NCBI GenBank assembly: GCA_047601855.1
Contig: JASGIM010000001.1
Coordinates: forward strand, 2,820 to 66,819
Reading direction: 5' to 3'
Source of the DNA: Flavobacteriales bacterium
GTDB taxonomy: Bacteria; Bacteroidota; Bacteroidia; Flavobacteriales_F; PHOS-HE28
DNA length: 64,000 bases
Made by a program: the position numbers and the translations under genes
Part shown: positions 34,901-45,663 of the stretch, one piece after another
Position numbering within the stretch: position 1 is the first letter of the stretch
Layout of the letters: each line of letters opens with the position of its first letter
Notes under the pieces: model-generated
Told to the model about the DNA's origin: nothing
Databases searched by the model: none
The model's input: the letters and a program-made list of their open reading frames with translations, nothing else

Positions 34901-35513
34901 GGAGGATGCGTTCGGTGTTGTTCAGCGCGATACCGGCCTGGTTGCGCAGCGCGGCGATCACCTGGCTGTTCGTGCTCTCCCGCGGGAACATGGCCGCATT
35001 GTCCTGCGAACTGAAGATGGCGGCGAGGCTGCCGTTCGGGGCGGCCTTGCGGAACTCTTCATCGAAAAGGGTGATGAAATCGCTGTTGCTGCTGGATTGG
35101 CGATGGCGGGCGGCGTCCAGCGCAGCGCGGAAGGCGGGGTCTTGGCTGTTGCCGCTGAGGTTGTCCACCAGTTCGGGGATGCTCACCTCCAGGGTCACGG
35201 CCATGCCGCCCTTCAGGTCAAGGCCGAGGTTGATCTCGCGCTCCTTGCACTCCTTGTACGTGTAACCGAAGAGCGGGTACACCTTGTCGTCATCGTGGTC
35301 GCGCAGGTATTTGTTCTCGAACACCAGCTTGATCGAATCGCGATCGATGTGGGCGGGGTTGCCCAGCGTTCCGATCAGCGAGTCGGCCTGGGCCACGGCG
35401 ATGCCGTCAGCCTTCCGTTCCAGGCCGCCGGTGAAGAAGGAAAAGGACAGCTGCCACAAACATGCGATCGCCAGGAGGATGGTGAACACCCATAGCGCGC
35501 CTCGATTCTGCAT
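31986..35513 (-). CDS. secDF: Protein translocase subunit SecDF (fused), ~1175 aa, with an OmpA-like domain embedded in the SecD periplasmic region
   Basis: MQNRGALWVFTILLAIACLWQLSFSFF... Conserved SecD motifs ANLEFWETF and ...IAIVLDGCVVSSPNVMGEIPGGRSSISMG...LANVLKAGALPAPARIIDETVVGPSLG. SecF half ...GVDFSGGREYVVKF.... Between the SecD motifs lies FDRVTFESGSAKLD...GGYTDSTGNEQANQRLSQQRAEAVVAALVGKGV...GYGSQHPVASNATAEGRAKNRRMALRV (nt ~34197-34526). Confidence 0.88.
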   Translation of the reverse strand: MQNRGALWVFTILLAIACLWQLSFSFFTGGLERKADGIAVAQADSLIGTLGNPAHIDRDSIKLVFENKYLRDHDDDKVYPLFGYTYKECKEREINLGLDLKGGMAVTLEVSIPELVDNLSGNSQDPAFRAALDAARHRQSSSNSDFITLFDEEFRKAAPNGSLAAIFSSQDNAAMFPRESTNSQVIAALRNQAGIALNNTERILRTRIDKFGVAQPSIQKQSISGRIQIELPGVKDKERVRKVLQSTANLEFWETFDNQDVFPAIAASNTKLSAMLHPELAKADSADKGGATYDHTLPTGTKISGNTTGVEKRLVDLLASGKAVDKENWIDFDRVTFESGSAKLDAARSMEQLTNLAEVMKAYPAVRLKIGGYTDSTGNEQANQRLSQQRAEAVVAALVGKGVATGRLEAEGYGSQHPVASNATAEGRAKNRRMALRVLATDPSAETAGKSKADSLADAALADTTAADSTKPEMTEAERLAKNPLLGRLVPNMTGDGRLGRGDVVGYCAVSDTAEVARLLRLAPPSSPNASQGLKLAWSSKPTKMFAADGNGRDFLTLHALRVPRGGKPKLDGSVIVDARQDFDMKGDAEVTMQMNAEGGQTWKLMTGENVGKQIAIVLDGCVVSSPNVMGEIPGGRSSISMGSGDRNNQLEEATDLANVLKAGALPAPARIIDETVVGPSLGGENVQRGLISFAVAMLMVMLFMVIYYNGSGWVANVALLANVFVLMGTLASLQASLTLPGIAGIVLTVGMAVDANVLINERIREELRHGKAIKSAVDLGYKHAMSAIIDANVTHFVVAVILIFFGTGPIKSFGVTLALGILTSLFTAIFISRLIISKRLENGKSMTFWHSWNKDIFAHANYQFMAKRKYFYLFSGVLIIAGFVSMFTQGFNYGVDFSGGREYVVKFDQPVEVEHVRTALEPAFTLEGVESGVRVVSYGGSNQVKVTTNYMVNSTDLATDKLVEDKLQEGLRTMNDPFRVAASRKVDPTISDDIRAHAWYAVIAALLFIFLYIAVRFRTWQFGLGALLSLAHDALVVVALYSLLYKIMPFSLEIDEHFIAAILTVIGYSINDTVVVYDRIREYLQDHKRDPWAVVFNKAINSTLGRTINTSVTVLIVLLVIFLFGADSIKGFVFAMLVGIAVGTYSSIFIASAVVVDLHKDGVPEKSPAVPVTA

Positions 35514-35720
35514 GACGGAAGGACGGTTGGTTTTGGAAAGGTCCGCTTCGGCGGTGGGCCTTGGACGGAGAATGGGGCGGCAAATATAGAAGGATGCCCC
35601 AGCCGTGGACGGGGGGCCTGGACAGCCCACCATGGATGGTGGACAACGCGGCCCCGCGACCGCCCTCCCCGGCCGCGCCAGTGCTCTAGCTTCGCAGCGA
35701 TCCGCTCCATCCCACCCCGC

Positions 35721-38000
35721 ATGCGCCATCGCCTGTCCACCCTCTTCTCCGTTCTTCCCCTGCTCCTCAGCGCGCAATTCGACCTGCATCCCGACCAAAG
35801 CATCCCGGTAACGCGCAACGGCCAGCTGCTCGGCATGCCCTGGGCCGGGGGCCTCAACTACCCGCAGGTGTCGGACATCGATCTGGATGCCGACGGCGAC
35901 AAGGACCTGTTCCTGTTCGACCGCTCCGGCAACCAGGTGATCACCCTGATCAACGATGGCGTGGAGGGGCAGATCAGCTACCACCTCTCGCACGACTACG
36001 ACCACATCTACCCCTTCGCCCAATTGCAGGAGTGGGCGCTTCTGCGCGATTACAACTGCGACGGCAAGGAGGACCTGTTCACCTATACCAATGGTGGCGT
36101 TGCGGTGTACAAGAACACGAGCGTGGGCGGCCACCTCTCCTTCGAACAGGTGGATACGCTGGTGCGGACCAATTATGTGCCGACGGTGACGAACCTATAC
36201 ATCACCCAGGTGGACATCCCGGGCATCGAGGACATCGACGGCGACGACGACCTGGACATCCTCACCTTCAGCATCTTCGGCAACTTCGTAGAGTTCCACC
36301 GCAACATGAGCATGGAACGGTACGGCACCTGCGACAGCCTGGCCTATGAAGTACACAACCGCTGCTGGGGCTTCTTCTCGGAAAGCCTCACCAGCAATGC
36401 CCTGCGCCTGAACAATCCCTGCCAATACAACGTGCCAGCCCCCGAATTTCCGGGCAGGATCACGGAATGGGTCCAGCAACTGAAGTCCAGCAATCCGGCC
36501 GTGGCCGCCAACGCTTTGAAGGAGCTGCGGGCCGCGCACGTGGGCAGCACCCTGCTCCCCTTGGACCTGGACGGCGACCGCGACATGGACCTGATCCTCG
36601 GCGACGTGCTCTACAACAACCTCGTCGCATTGACCAACGGCGGCACCATCGCACAAGCCAACATGACCGCGCAGGACACGCTGTTCCCGCAATATGATGA
36701 CCCCGTGAACCTGGACCTTTTCCCGGCGGCCTTCTTCAAGGACATCAATAACGACGGCAAACGCGACCTGATCGTGACGCCGAACTACCCCACGCAATCG
36801 CAGAACTTCCAGAGCGTGTGGTACTACAAGAACGTGGGCACCGATAGCACGCCGGTGTTCAACTTCCAGCAGGAGGACGTGTTCCAGGACCGCATGCTGG
36901 ACTTCGGGGAGGGCGCCTATCCGGTGGCCTTCGACTATGACCGCGACGGGCTGATGGACCTGGTGGTGGCCGACTACGGCTACTACCAGCAGGGGGGCTC
37001 ATACCCGAGCAAGATGGCCCTGCTGCACAACACGGGCACGGCCTCTGAACCCGCCTTCACGCTGGTGACGGACCACTATGCCGACCTGGACACCACGAAC
37101 CTCAAGGCCATCTATCCGGCCTTCGGGGACATGGACGGCGACGGCGACATGGACCTCTACCTCGGAGAGTACGAAGGGCTCCTGCACTTCTACCGCAACG
37201 TGGCCGTTTCCGGCCCGCCGCAATTCTCGCCGCAGAGCAACCTGGTAAAGGACGATAACGGCACCGTGATCGACGTGGGGCAGTTCTCCACGCCGCAGTT
37301 CTTCGACCTGGACAACGATGGCCTCCAGGACCTGCTGATCGGCGAACGCAACGGCAACCTGAGCTACTACCGCAACACCGGCACCACCAGCAGCCCGGTG
37401 TGGCATCTGGAGAACGACAGCGTGGGCGGGGTGAACACCGCGGAGTGGTGGAACGTCACCGGGTTCAGCGTGCCGTGCATGTTCCGCGGTCCGGACGGCC
37501 AGGCCCGCCTGCTGCTGGGCAGCGAGAGCGGCTGGATCCATGCGTACGACAGCATCGACAACAACCTCAACGGCACCTGGCGGATGTTGGACAGCACTTG
37601 GCAGGACATCCACGAAGGGGCCCGCACGGGCCTTGCCGTGCATGACTTCGACGGCAACGGCAGCCTGGACGTGGTGATCGGCAACTACCGCGGCGGCATC
37701 AGTTTCTGGCGGAACGACCATGTAACGGGCATCGAGCAGGCGGCGGCCCGCGTGGAACATGCCTTCCAAGTGATGCCGAACCCGGCGAACACGGCAGCGG
37801 ACATCCTCCTGGCCCTGGACGCACGGACCGGTATGCGCCTGGACGTGCTGAACGAGCTTGGACAGACGGTCCGTTCCCTGCCCGTGCGCGGCAAGCGCCT
37901 GCACATGGACACCGAGGGCCTGCGCAACGGCGTGTACATGCTGCGCCTGAGCGACGGCCCCGCACGCTGGACGGAACGGCTGGTGGTGCTGCACGAGTGA
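35721..38000 (+). CDS. FG-GAP/VCBS-repeat beta-propeller protein with T9SS type-A C-terminal sorting domain
   Basis: Signal peptide MRHRLSTLFSVLPLLLSAQ. Repeated D.D.DGD.DL(I/V) FG-GAP-like motifs. C-terminus ...FQVMPNPANTAADILLALDARTGMRLDVLNELGQTVRSLPV...GVYMLRLSDGPARWTERLVVLHE. Confidence 0.8.
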   Translation: MRHRLSTLFSVLPLLLSAQFDLHPDQSIPVTRNGQLLGMPWAGGLNYPQVSDIDLDADGDKDLFLFDRSGNQVITLINDGVEGQISYHLSHDYDHIYPFAQLQEWALLRDYNCDGKEDLFTYTNGGVAVYKNTSVGGHLSFEQVDTLVRTNYVPTVTNLYITQVDIPGIEDIDGDDDLDILTFSIFGNFVEFHRNMSMERYGTCDSLAYEVHNRCWGFFSESLTSNALRLNNPCQYNVPAPEFPGRITEWVQQLKSSNPAVAANALKELRAAHVGSTLLPLDLDGDRDMDLILGDVLYNNLVALTNGGTIAQANMTAQDTLFPQYDDPVNLDLFPAAFFKDINNDGKRDLIVTPNYPTQSQNFQSVWYYKNVGTDSTPVFNFQQEDVFQDRMLDFGEGAYPVAFDYDRDGLMDLVVADYGYYQQGGSYPSKMALLHNTGTASEPAFTLVTDHYADLDTTNLKAIYPAFGDMDGDGDMDLYLGEYEGLLHFYRNVAVSGPPQFSPQSNLVKDDNGTVIDVGQFSTPQFFDLDNDGLQDLLIGERNGNLSYYRNTGTTSSPVWHLENDSVGGVNTAEWWNVTGFSVPCMFRGPDGQARLLLGSESGWIHAYDSIDNNLNGTWRMLDSTWQDIHEGARTGLAVHDFDGNGSLDVVIGNYRGGISFWRNDHVTGIEQAAARVEHAFQVMPNPANTAADILLALDARTGMRLDVLNELGQTVRSLPVRGKRLHMDTEGLRNGVYMLRLSDGPARWTERLVVLHE

Positions 38001-38109
38001 TGGCCGCCGCTCTAGGCACGATGCTCTTCGATGGCGATCGCGCCTACTGCAACGGCTGGGCGCGGTGGCCCCGCTTGGGGATGAGGGACGAATGCGAACT
38101 TCCAAGGAC

Positions 38110-38851
38110 ATGAAAGAGAACTTCTTCTCCCCCATCGCCGCGGACTATGCGCGGTTCCGCCCCACCTACCCGCCAGAACTGTTCGCCTATCTGGCATCCA
38201 TCGCGCCGGGCCACGCACTCGCCTGGGACTGCGCCACGGGCAGCGGACAGGCGGCCGCCGGCATGGCTGCGCACTTCGATCGGGTGATCGCCACGGACAT
38301 CAGCGCGGAGCTGCTGGCCCAGGCGCGACCGGACCCGCACATCACTTACCGGCAGGCCGAGGCGGTGGCCAGCGGGATCGCCACCGGCACGGTGGACCTG
38401 GTGACGGTGGCCAACGCGCTGCATTGGTTCCACGGCGCGGCCTTCGAGCACGAAGTGCGGCGCGTGCTGCGCCCGGGCGGCGTCATCGCCGCATGGAGCT
38501 ACGCCTACTTCCGGATCGACCCCGCCGTGGACGCGCTCACCCGCCGGGTGCATGACGTGATCGTGGATCCGTTCTGGATTCGAGCCGAACCGCATCATTG
38601 AGCGCGGCTATGTGGACCTGCACTTCGGCTTCACTCCCATCGTCCCGCCGCCGTTCACCATGACGACCCAGGCGGACCTGGCCGCCATCGAGGGCTACAT
38701 GCGCACCTGGAGCGCCTCGGTGAAATACACCAAGTACCACGGCAGCGATCCGGTATCGCTGGTGCACGGGGAACTGCTGGCCGCCTGGGGCGATCCACAG
38801 GAAGTGCGGCCTGTACACTGGCAACTCAACCTGCGCGTAGGGCGCGTGTGA
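38110..38851 (+). CDS. Class I SAM-dependent methyltransferase. Apparent 1-nt insertion near 38570.
   Basis: ...LAWDCATGSGQAAAGMAAHFDRVIATDISAELL...LRPGGVIAAWSY... is in ORF 38065-38601. The continuation NRIIERGYVDLHFGFTP...HGELLAAWGDP is in ORF 38612-38851. Junction at GTGGATCCGTTCTGG (38562-38576). Confidence 0.7.
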
Positions 38852-38880
38852 GGCCGAAGCCATCCCATCGGACCGGATGG

Positions 38881-38908
38881 GTCATGCTTCGGCAGGCTCA
38901 GTTATGAC
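38881..38908. repeat. REP/MITE-like element, diverged short form in inverted orientation (GTCATGCTTCGGCAGGCTCAGTTATGAC)
   Basis: Reverse complement GTCATAACTGAGCCTGCCGAAGCATGAC. The stem changes are compensatory (GTCATAA.../...CATGAC versus GTCACCC/GGGTGAC). Confidence 0.6.
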
Positions 38909-38933
38909 ACACATGGCCGTTCGGGGTCCGTGC

Positions 38934-38995
38934 TGTCACCCTGAGCCTGCGCGCCGACGCCGAAGCGCTTTGGCGCAGGCGCCCGAAGGGTGACA
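38934..38995. repeat. REP/MITE-like element, complete 62-bp long form
   Basis: TGTCACCCTGAGCCTGCGCGCCGACGCCGAAGCGCTTTGGCGCAGGCGCCCGAAGGGTGACA; nested palindrome. Lies in the convergent methyltransferase/mdh intergenic region. Confidence 0.85.
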
Positions 38996-39068
38996 CACCG
39001 GACATCCCTCCGCACATCGGAACGAAAAAGGCGCCCGTAGGCGCCTTTCCCTTGGAGGTCCGTTCGGA

Positions 39069-40082
<1,014 letters not shown>

Positions 40083-40186
40083 TTAGGCCCATGGGGGATC
40101 CCCAGGGTCCACGATCCGGGGCGATTTGCGAACAGGGGATGACGGAACGATCAAAAAATGCTTAATTTCCCCACGTTCAGCCCCCC

Positions 40187-40831
40187 ATGACCGCCCTCGA
40201 CCTGGCAACCCTTGAGGCCAACCTCCGTCTAGACCCCACATGGAAGGGCATGGAGGCAGTGGAGCAGGCGTTCGCGAAGCTCATCGATGGATGCATCGCT
40301 GGGGAACGCAAGTGCCAGCAGCGCATCTACGAGCTCTTCTATGGGAAGATGATGGCGGTATGCCTGCGCTACACCAAGAACCACGACCAGGCGAAGGACA
40401 TCCTACAGGATGGCTTCATCAAGGTGTTCCACGGCATGGAGCGGTTCAACCGGGAAGGCAGCTTCGAGGGCTGGATCCGGCGGATCATGGTGAACACGGC
40501 GATCGACCACTTCCGGCGGGCCAAGAACGCCTACCTGTTGCTGGGCGAGGAGCGCAGCATCGAGGAGTTCGGGGACCCGGACGAGGAGGACGACCTGGCG
40601 GACGACGAGATGGAGGACCAGCTGGACCTGAAGCCGGCGGACGTGATCAACGCCATGCAGAAGTTGACGCCGGCCTACCGGACGGTCTTCAACCTCTACG
40701 TCTTCGAGGAATTGACGCACAAGGAGATCGCCGACATGCTGGGCATCAACATCGGCACCTCCAAGAGCAACCTGGCCAAAGCGAAGCACAACTTGAAGAA
40801 GTTGCTGAAGAAAGAACATAAGCTCCCTTAG
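40187..40831 (+). CDS. ECF-type RNA polymerase sigma-70 family factor
   Basis: Region 2: RIYELFYGKMMAVCLRYTKNHDQAKDILQDGFIKVFHGMERFNREGSFEGWIRRIMVNTAIDHFRR. Region 4: LTPAYRTVFNLYVFEELTHKEIADMLGINIGTSKSNLAKAKHNLKKLL. The real start may be the internal Met at 40250. Confidence 0.85.
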   Translation: MTALDLATLEANLRLDPTWKGMEAVEQAFAKLIDGCIAGERKCQQRIYELFYGKMMAVCLRYTKNHDQAKDILQDGFIKVFHGMERFNREGSFEGWIRRIMVNTAIDHFRRAKNAYLLLGEERSIEEFGDPDEEDDLADDEMEDQLDLKPADVINAMQKLTPAYRTVFNLYVFEELTHKEIADMLGINIGTSKSNLAKAKHNLKKLLKKEHKLP

Positions 40832-40835
40832 AGAG

Positions 40836-42179
40836 ATGGCAGAACGGATGAATGAGCTCGACGCCTTCGAGCAGCGCCTGCGGGGCTCCCTCGAACAGTT
40901 CGAGGTACCCTACAACTCAGCGGACTGGGCGCAGTTGGAGCGCGCCTTGGACAATGAGCGCCGGGGATGGCTATTCAAGGGGACCGGCATGGCCACTCTG
41001 TTGGTCGCAGGGGCCTTGGTGGCAGGCGGTGCCGCCTACCTCTGGAGCGGCAAAGGGGATGCGGCCATCGCCGGCAATGGTGGCGCAACCAGCGACCAGC
41101 ATATCCCGGCCAGCACGCCCGGGGCCACCGGCAACGTAGAGAACGCGAACACCGGGTCCGCCCATGCGAACGCCGCCGGACAGGCAGGAACGCAGGTCTC
41201 CTTCGACCATTCGGGCAACACGCCGGAAGGCCCCTCCTCCAACGGTGCCGGTATCCACGCGGCGGGCATCGTGAGCACCGCACACACGCCCGACCATCTC
41301 CACAGCACATCCAACGGGGAGCAAGCGGCCACGACCAAGGCCCCTGCTACCAGCAATGCCGCGGCGCCCGCTACGGCCAAGGCCGCGGAGACGCCCAAGG
41401 CCGAACCGACCTTCCACGCCAGTGTCAGCCAGGGCTGTCCCGGCGCCCCGGTACACTTCAAGGTGGAGCACATGCCCGAGGACGGCATCTACCTCTGGAA
41501 CTTCGGCGATGGTAGCTTCAGCAACAAGCCGAACCCCGAGCATACCTTCAGCAAGCCCGGTACCTACCAGGTGATGCTGTCCATGTCCGCCAGCGGCGTG
41601 GGCACCATCCACAACAAGCCGAGCAGCGACGTGATCGTGATCCACGAACCGCCGCAGGCCGCCTTCAACATCCTGAAGCAGGAATACGACGGCCATATCC
41701 CCTCGGTACACTTCGAGAACCGCGCCATGGGCGGCAAGACCTACGCCTGGTCCTTCGGCGACGGCGCCACCAGCAGCATTGCCCATCCGGATCACATCTA
41801 CAAGAAGAAGGGCGTCTACCAAGTGGAACTGACCGTGACGAACGAGATCGGCTGCGTGGACAAGACCCTGCGCGAGGTGCTCATCGAGAAGGATTACAAC
41901 CTGGATGCGCCCACGGCCTTCTCGCCGAACGGGGACAATATCGACGAGACCTTCATCCCCGAGGCATTGCGCCAACTGGGCGTGAAGTTCCACCTGGCCG
42001 TATACGACACCAACGGCGGGCTGCTGTACGAGACCAACGATGCCACCAAGCCTTGGACCGGCCGCCTGAACAACCGCGGCGACGTATTGCCGGCAGGCGA
42101 GTACGTATGGGTGGTGGACGTGAGCGAGAACCTGCACCTGGACGAGACCTACACCGGCAAGGTGAAGCTAGTGCGCTGA
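40836..42179 (+). CDS. Putative membrane-anchored anti-sigma factor with extracytoplasmic PKD domains and a T9SS type-B C-terminal sorting domain
   Basis: Starts 4 nt after the sigma gene. Short cytoplasmic N-terminus, one TM helix (GMATLLVAGALVAGGAAYLW), a low-complexity Ala/Thr/Pro linker, two PKD-like modules (WNFGDGSFSNKPNPEHTFSKPGTYQVMLSMS; WSFGDGATSSIAHPDHIYKKKGVYQVELTV), and C-terminus LDAPTAFSPNGDNIDETFIP...AVYDTNGGLLYETNDATKPWTGRLNNRGDVLPAGEYVWVV...GKVKLVR. Confidence 0.7.
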   Translation: MAERMNELDAFEQRLRGSLEQFEVPYNSADWAQLERALDNERRGWLFKGTGMATLLVAGALVAGGAAYLWSGKGDAAIAGNGGATSDQHIPASTPGATGNVENANTGSAHANAAGQAGTQVSFDHSGNTPEGPSSNGAGIHAAGIVSTAHTPDHLHSTSNGEQAATTKAPATSNAAAPATAKAAETPKAEPTFHASVSQGCPGAPVHFKVEHMPEDGIYLWNFGDGSFSNKPNPEHTFSKPGTYQVMLSMSASGVGTIHNKPSSDVIVIHEPPQAAFNILKQEYDGHIPSVHFENRAMGGKTYAWSFGDGATSSIAHPDHIYKKKGVYQVELTVTNEIGCVDKTLREVLIEKDYNLDAPTAFSPNGDNIDETFIPEALRQLGVKFHLAVYDTNGGLLYETNDATKPWTGRLNNRGDVLPAGEYVWVVDVSENLHLDETYTGKVKLVR

Positions 42180-42201
42180 ACACGCATTCCTGATGGGATA
42201 A

Positions 42202-42226
42202 CAAGGCCCGGTAATGCCGGGCCTTG
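42202..42226 (+). terminator. Rho-independent terminator-like hairpin after the anti-sigma gene
   Basis: CAAGGCCCGG-taatg-CCGGGCCTTG (10-bp perfect stem) followed by TCTATTCC. Confidence 0.5.
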
Positions 42227-42546
42227 TCTATTCCATCATCCTCAGCAATTCGCCACCAATACCAATAGCCCCATGTCCAGCGAGGCTCGGACATCTCAAT
42301 GTCATGTCATGTGAACTGGAATTGTGACCGGGTTGAAAAGCTCCAGGCACCCTTACGGGCTATCGGACCGTCTTGGTAACAAGGGTCTCATCACGGATGA
42401 TGGGCCGGATCATAATTCGCTACCTTGCACAGATTAGTGCACATGACACCGGATATCCTGCCTGCCCTGATTTGTCCGCTTCAGTCCCAACGGAATAGGC
42501 GTGAAGGCTACTTACCCCTAGGATCCTGACACATGCCCCTACCACG

Positions 42547-45500
42547 ATGAAGCATCCGTTCCTACCGGGCCGCTTGAGCATTGCAATGGCCTTGGCCTGC
42601 GCGCTGGTAGGGATCTCATCATCTGCCCAGATCGTTCTGAACCAGACCCAGGCACCCACCACCTTGGTGCAGAATGTGCTGATCGGCACGGGCATATTTC
42701 CGAGCAACGTCACCTTCAATGGTGCACCAGGTAACACTGTGGCAAATGTTGGCATAGGTCCCAGTGAGATCGGCCGGTTCAATGGCGCCAATACCTGTCT
42801 TGGCCTGGTCAGTGGTGTATTCCTCTGCCCGGGTGTTGCTCAAGTGCATCTTCCAGGTCCCAATGATCGCCTGAACCGCTTCAGTGGAGGAATGGGATTC
42901 GGCCCTGCAGGTATGCCCACGCCTGACCTCGACCTGAGCCACCTGACGAAGTGGGAGAACTGGCGGGTGAGCGGAGGGAACAACATTTATAATAAGGCCA
43001 ACCTCGAGTTCGATTTCGTGCCGCTCAAGGACATGGTCAGTTTCCGGTACGTCTTCAGCTCGGAGGAGTACGAACGCTGGGCCTGCAGTCAGTATAACGA
43101 CGTGTTCGGCTGGTTCATCAGCGGTCCGGGCATCCCCACCAACATCAACGGCCCGTTCACCAACAACGCCATGAACATCGCCTTCATCCCGGGTTCCCTG
43201 AAGCCAGTGGCGATCAATACGGTGAACAGCGGAAGGACGGACGCCAGCAATGCGAACGGCCCTGATTTCACCGATCTTTTGGGTCCGTGCTTCGCTGCCG
43301 ACTCGAACTGGCAAGCCAATGCCCGCTACTACCGCTACAACGGAGGGCTGTGGCCATTTCCACAGCCGCCGGACGGGGTGGCTCAGTTGGACGCGCCCTA
43401 CAATACGGCCCCCTATTACATCGAACACAATGGCATGACCGTGGTGCTCACGGCAAGCGCCGCAGTGCAGTGCGGAGAGACCTACCACATGAAGATGGGC
43501 GTAGCGAACGTCGGTGACAGTAATTTCCCCTCCGCGGTCTTTCTGGAGAAGGAGAGCTTCAAGAGCACGAACCGGTTCTCCATGGATGTGATGCCGGGCC
43601 CCACCGTGGAAGCGCGGGGCACCGACACGGTCTTCATCGAAAGCAACTGCGACAGCGTATACCTGCGCTTCCACCGCTGGGGCGGCTTCTACCTGGACGA
43701 GGACCTGGAGATCGCCACCTCGGGGACCTCCACCGCCGGGGTGGACTACCTGCCCATCCCCACCAAGGTCCACTTCAACCAACTGGACAGCATGGTGGTG
43801 CTGCCACTGGCCATTCCCGTGGACAGCGATGGCGTGGAGAGCCTGGTGGTGGACATCGTGACCTGTGCCGGGTCCAGACACGTGTATATGATCGACCAGC
43901 GGCCACCCTTGGAGGTGATCCTGGAGGACCAAGCCCTGACCTGTCCGGGCAGGATCGACCCTGGCCCCGCAGGTCTCCGGCGGCTCCAACGACCCTGCAG
44001 GCCTGATCTACCGCTGGAGCACCGGGGAGACCACCCCCAGCATCAACCCGCTCGTCCTACAGACCACCCAGTTCTGGGTCACCGTCACCGACAGCTGCTG
44101 GACACTCCCAGTGACCGACAGCGCCTGGGTGACCGTACCCCTCTATGACCCCATGGTCCTGACCCTGACCCCGGACACGGCCATCCCCTGCCTGAGCTCT
44201 GCGGAACTTCAAGTGCAGGCCACCCTCGGGGCAGGCGGCTACACCTATGCCTGGGCCTTGAACGGCGCTATCCAAGGCACGGACAGCACCTTGACCGTGC
44301 CTTCAGCGGTCCCTTCGGTATACTACGTGGCAGCCGTCACTGACCGCTGCGGGATCGTGGCCAAGGATTCGGTGCTGGTCTCCCAGGCCCCGCCGCCTCC
44401 ACTGGTGGTGACCACCACTCCCGATACGGCCATCGCCTGCCTGGACAACGCGGACCTCACGGCCACCGTGACCGGAGGTGGAGGGATCATCCAGTACAAC
44501 TGGGCCAACAGCAGTGGTGTGGTGGGCGATACCCCCACGATCAACGTGCCCGCCGCCGTGCGTGAGGTCTACACCGTGACGGTGAGCGACCAATGCGGCC
44601 AGTCCGAGCAGGCCCAGGTGGTGGTCACCACCGGACCCACGCCTCCCCTGGTGCTCACCGTCGAGGGCGATACGGCCATCTGTGCCGGCATGCCCATCGT
44701 ATTGCAGGTGCTCTCGGTCAGCGGTGGAGGAGGCGCCTACACCTATGCCTGGAGCCCCGGCGGTACCGGCCCTTCCCATGAGCCATCCTTGGGAGTGAGC
44801 GTGCAGGACGACACCCCCTTCACCGTGACGGTGACCGACGAATGCGGCAACCGGGCCGACACCACTGTGATGGCCGTGGTGATGGACCATGATCCCCTCT
44901 CCCTGGAATGGTCCAACGACACCACCGTGTGCCCGGGTGAGCGCGTGCCCCTGTGGGTGACCCCCACCGGCGGGGCCGGCGGCTACGTGGTGCAATGGCC
45001 CGGCATCGGCAGTGGCCCCGAGGTGGAGTGGACCGCCGGGCATCAGGACATCCAGGCCCAGGTGAACGTGACCGACCTGTGCGGCACCACCGCCTCGGGA
45101 GCGGTGAACGTACTGGTGTATCCGGCCGGGGCCTCCATCCATGCCACCCCGATCACCGAGGTGCAATGGCAGTTCGCCGCCACCACCGTCCCGGCCACCG
45201 GGGTGGACCTCTCCTGGGACCTGGGGGATGGCACCACCGATACCGCCCCCACGGTGGTCCACCAGTACACCGACTACCTGGGCCACTGGGTGGTCCTCCT
45301 GGTGGTGACCCCGGAGGGCTGCGTGCAGGTGGACAGCGTGTACACCCCGCCTCCCTCGGGCACGCTGTACTTCCCCAACTCCTTCACCCCCGATGGCGAT
45401 GGGGTCAACGACACCTTCGGGGGGGAGGGCACCCTGATCACCGGGTACGAACTGCTGATCTTCGACCGCTGGGGCCGGATCACCTTCGAGGCCCACGACA

Positions 45501-45634
45501 TGGCCCGCCGATGGAACGGACGCTCCTCCGACGGGGAGGAGGTCCCACAGGGTGTTTACCAGTACAAGTTCCTGGCCAAGACCTCCGATGGCCGCTTCCT
45601 ACAAGGCTTCGGACATGTGACACTCCTGCGGTAA
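42547..45634 (+). CDS. Large T9SS adhesin-like protein (~1028 aa): signal peptide, choice-of-anchor-L N-terminal domain, repeated Ig/PKD-like modules, type-B C-terminal sorting domain. Apparent 1-nt insertion near 43958.
   Basis: MKHPFLPGRLSIAMALACALVGISSSAQIVLNQTQAPTTLVQNVLIGTGIFPSNVTFNGAPGNT... (choice-of-anchor L). The frame changes at CAGGATCGACCCTGG (43950-43964); removing one base gives ...CPGRITLAPQVSGGSNDPAGLIYRWSTGETTPSINP. C-terminus ...YFPNSFTPDGDGVNDTF...LLIFDRWGRITFEAHDMARRWNGRSSDGEEVPQGVYQYKF...GHVTLLR. Confidence 0.8.
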
Positions 45635-45663
45635 ACTTCGCTCGGTCTGATCCCCTATACATC

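Noticed and set aside
35514-36134. 207-codon N-terminal extension of secDF. An alternative reading is two separate genes.
   Set aside because: The extension overlaps the oppositely oriented FG-GAP gene and lacks homology. SecD starts at the conserved MQNRGALWVF with its TM helix. From that Met to the stop the ORF is a single uninterrupted frame.
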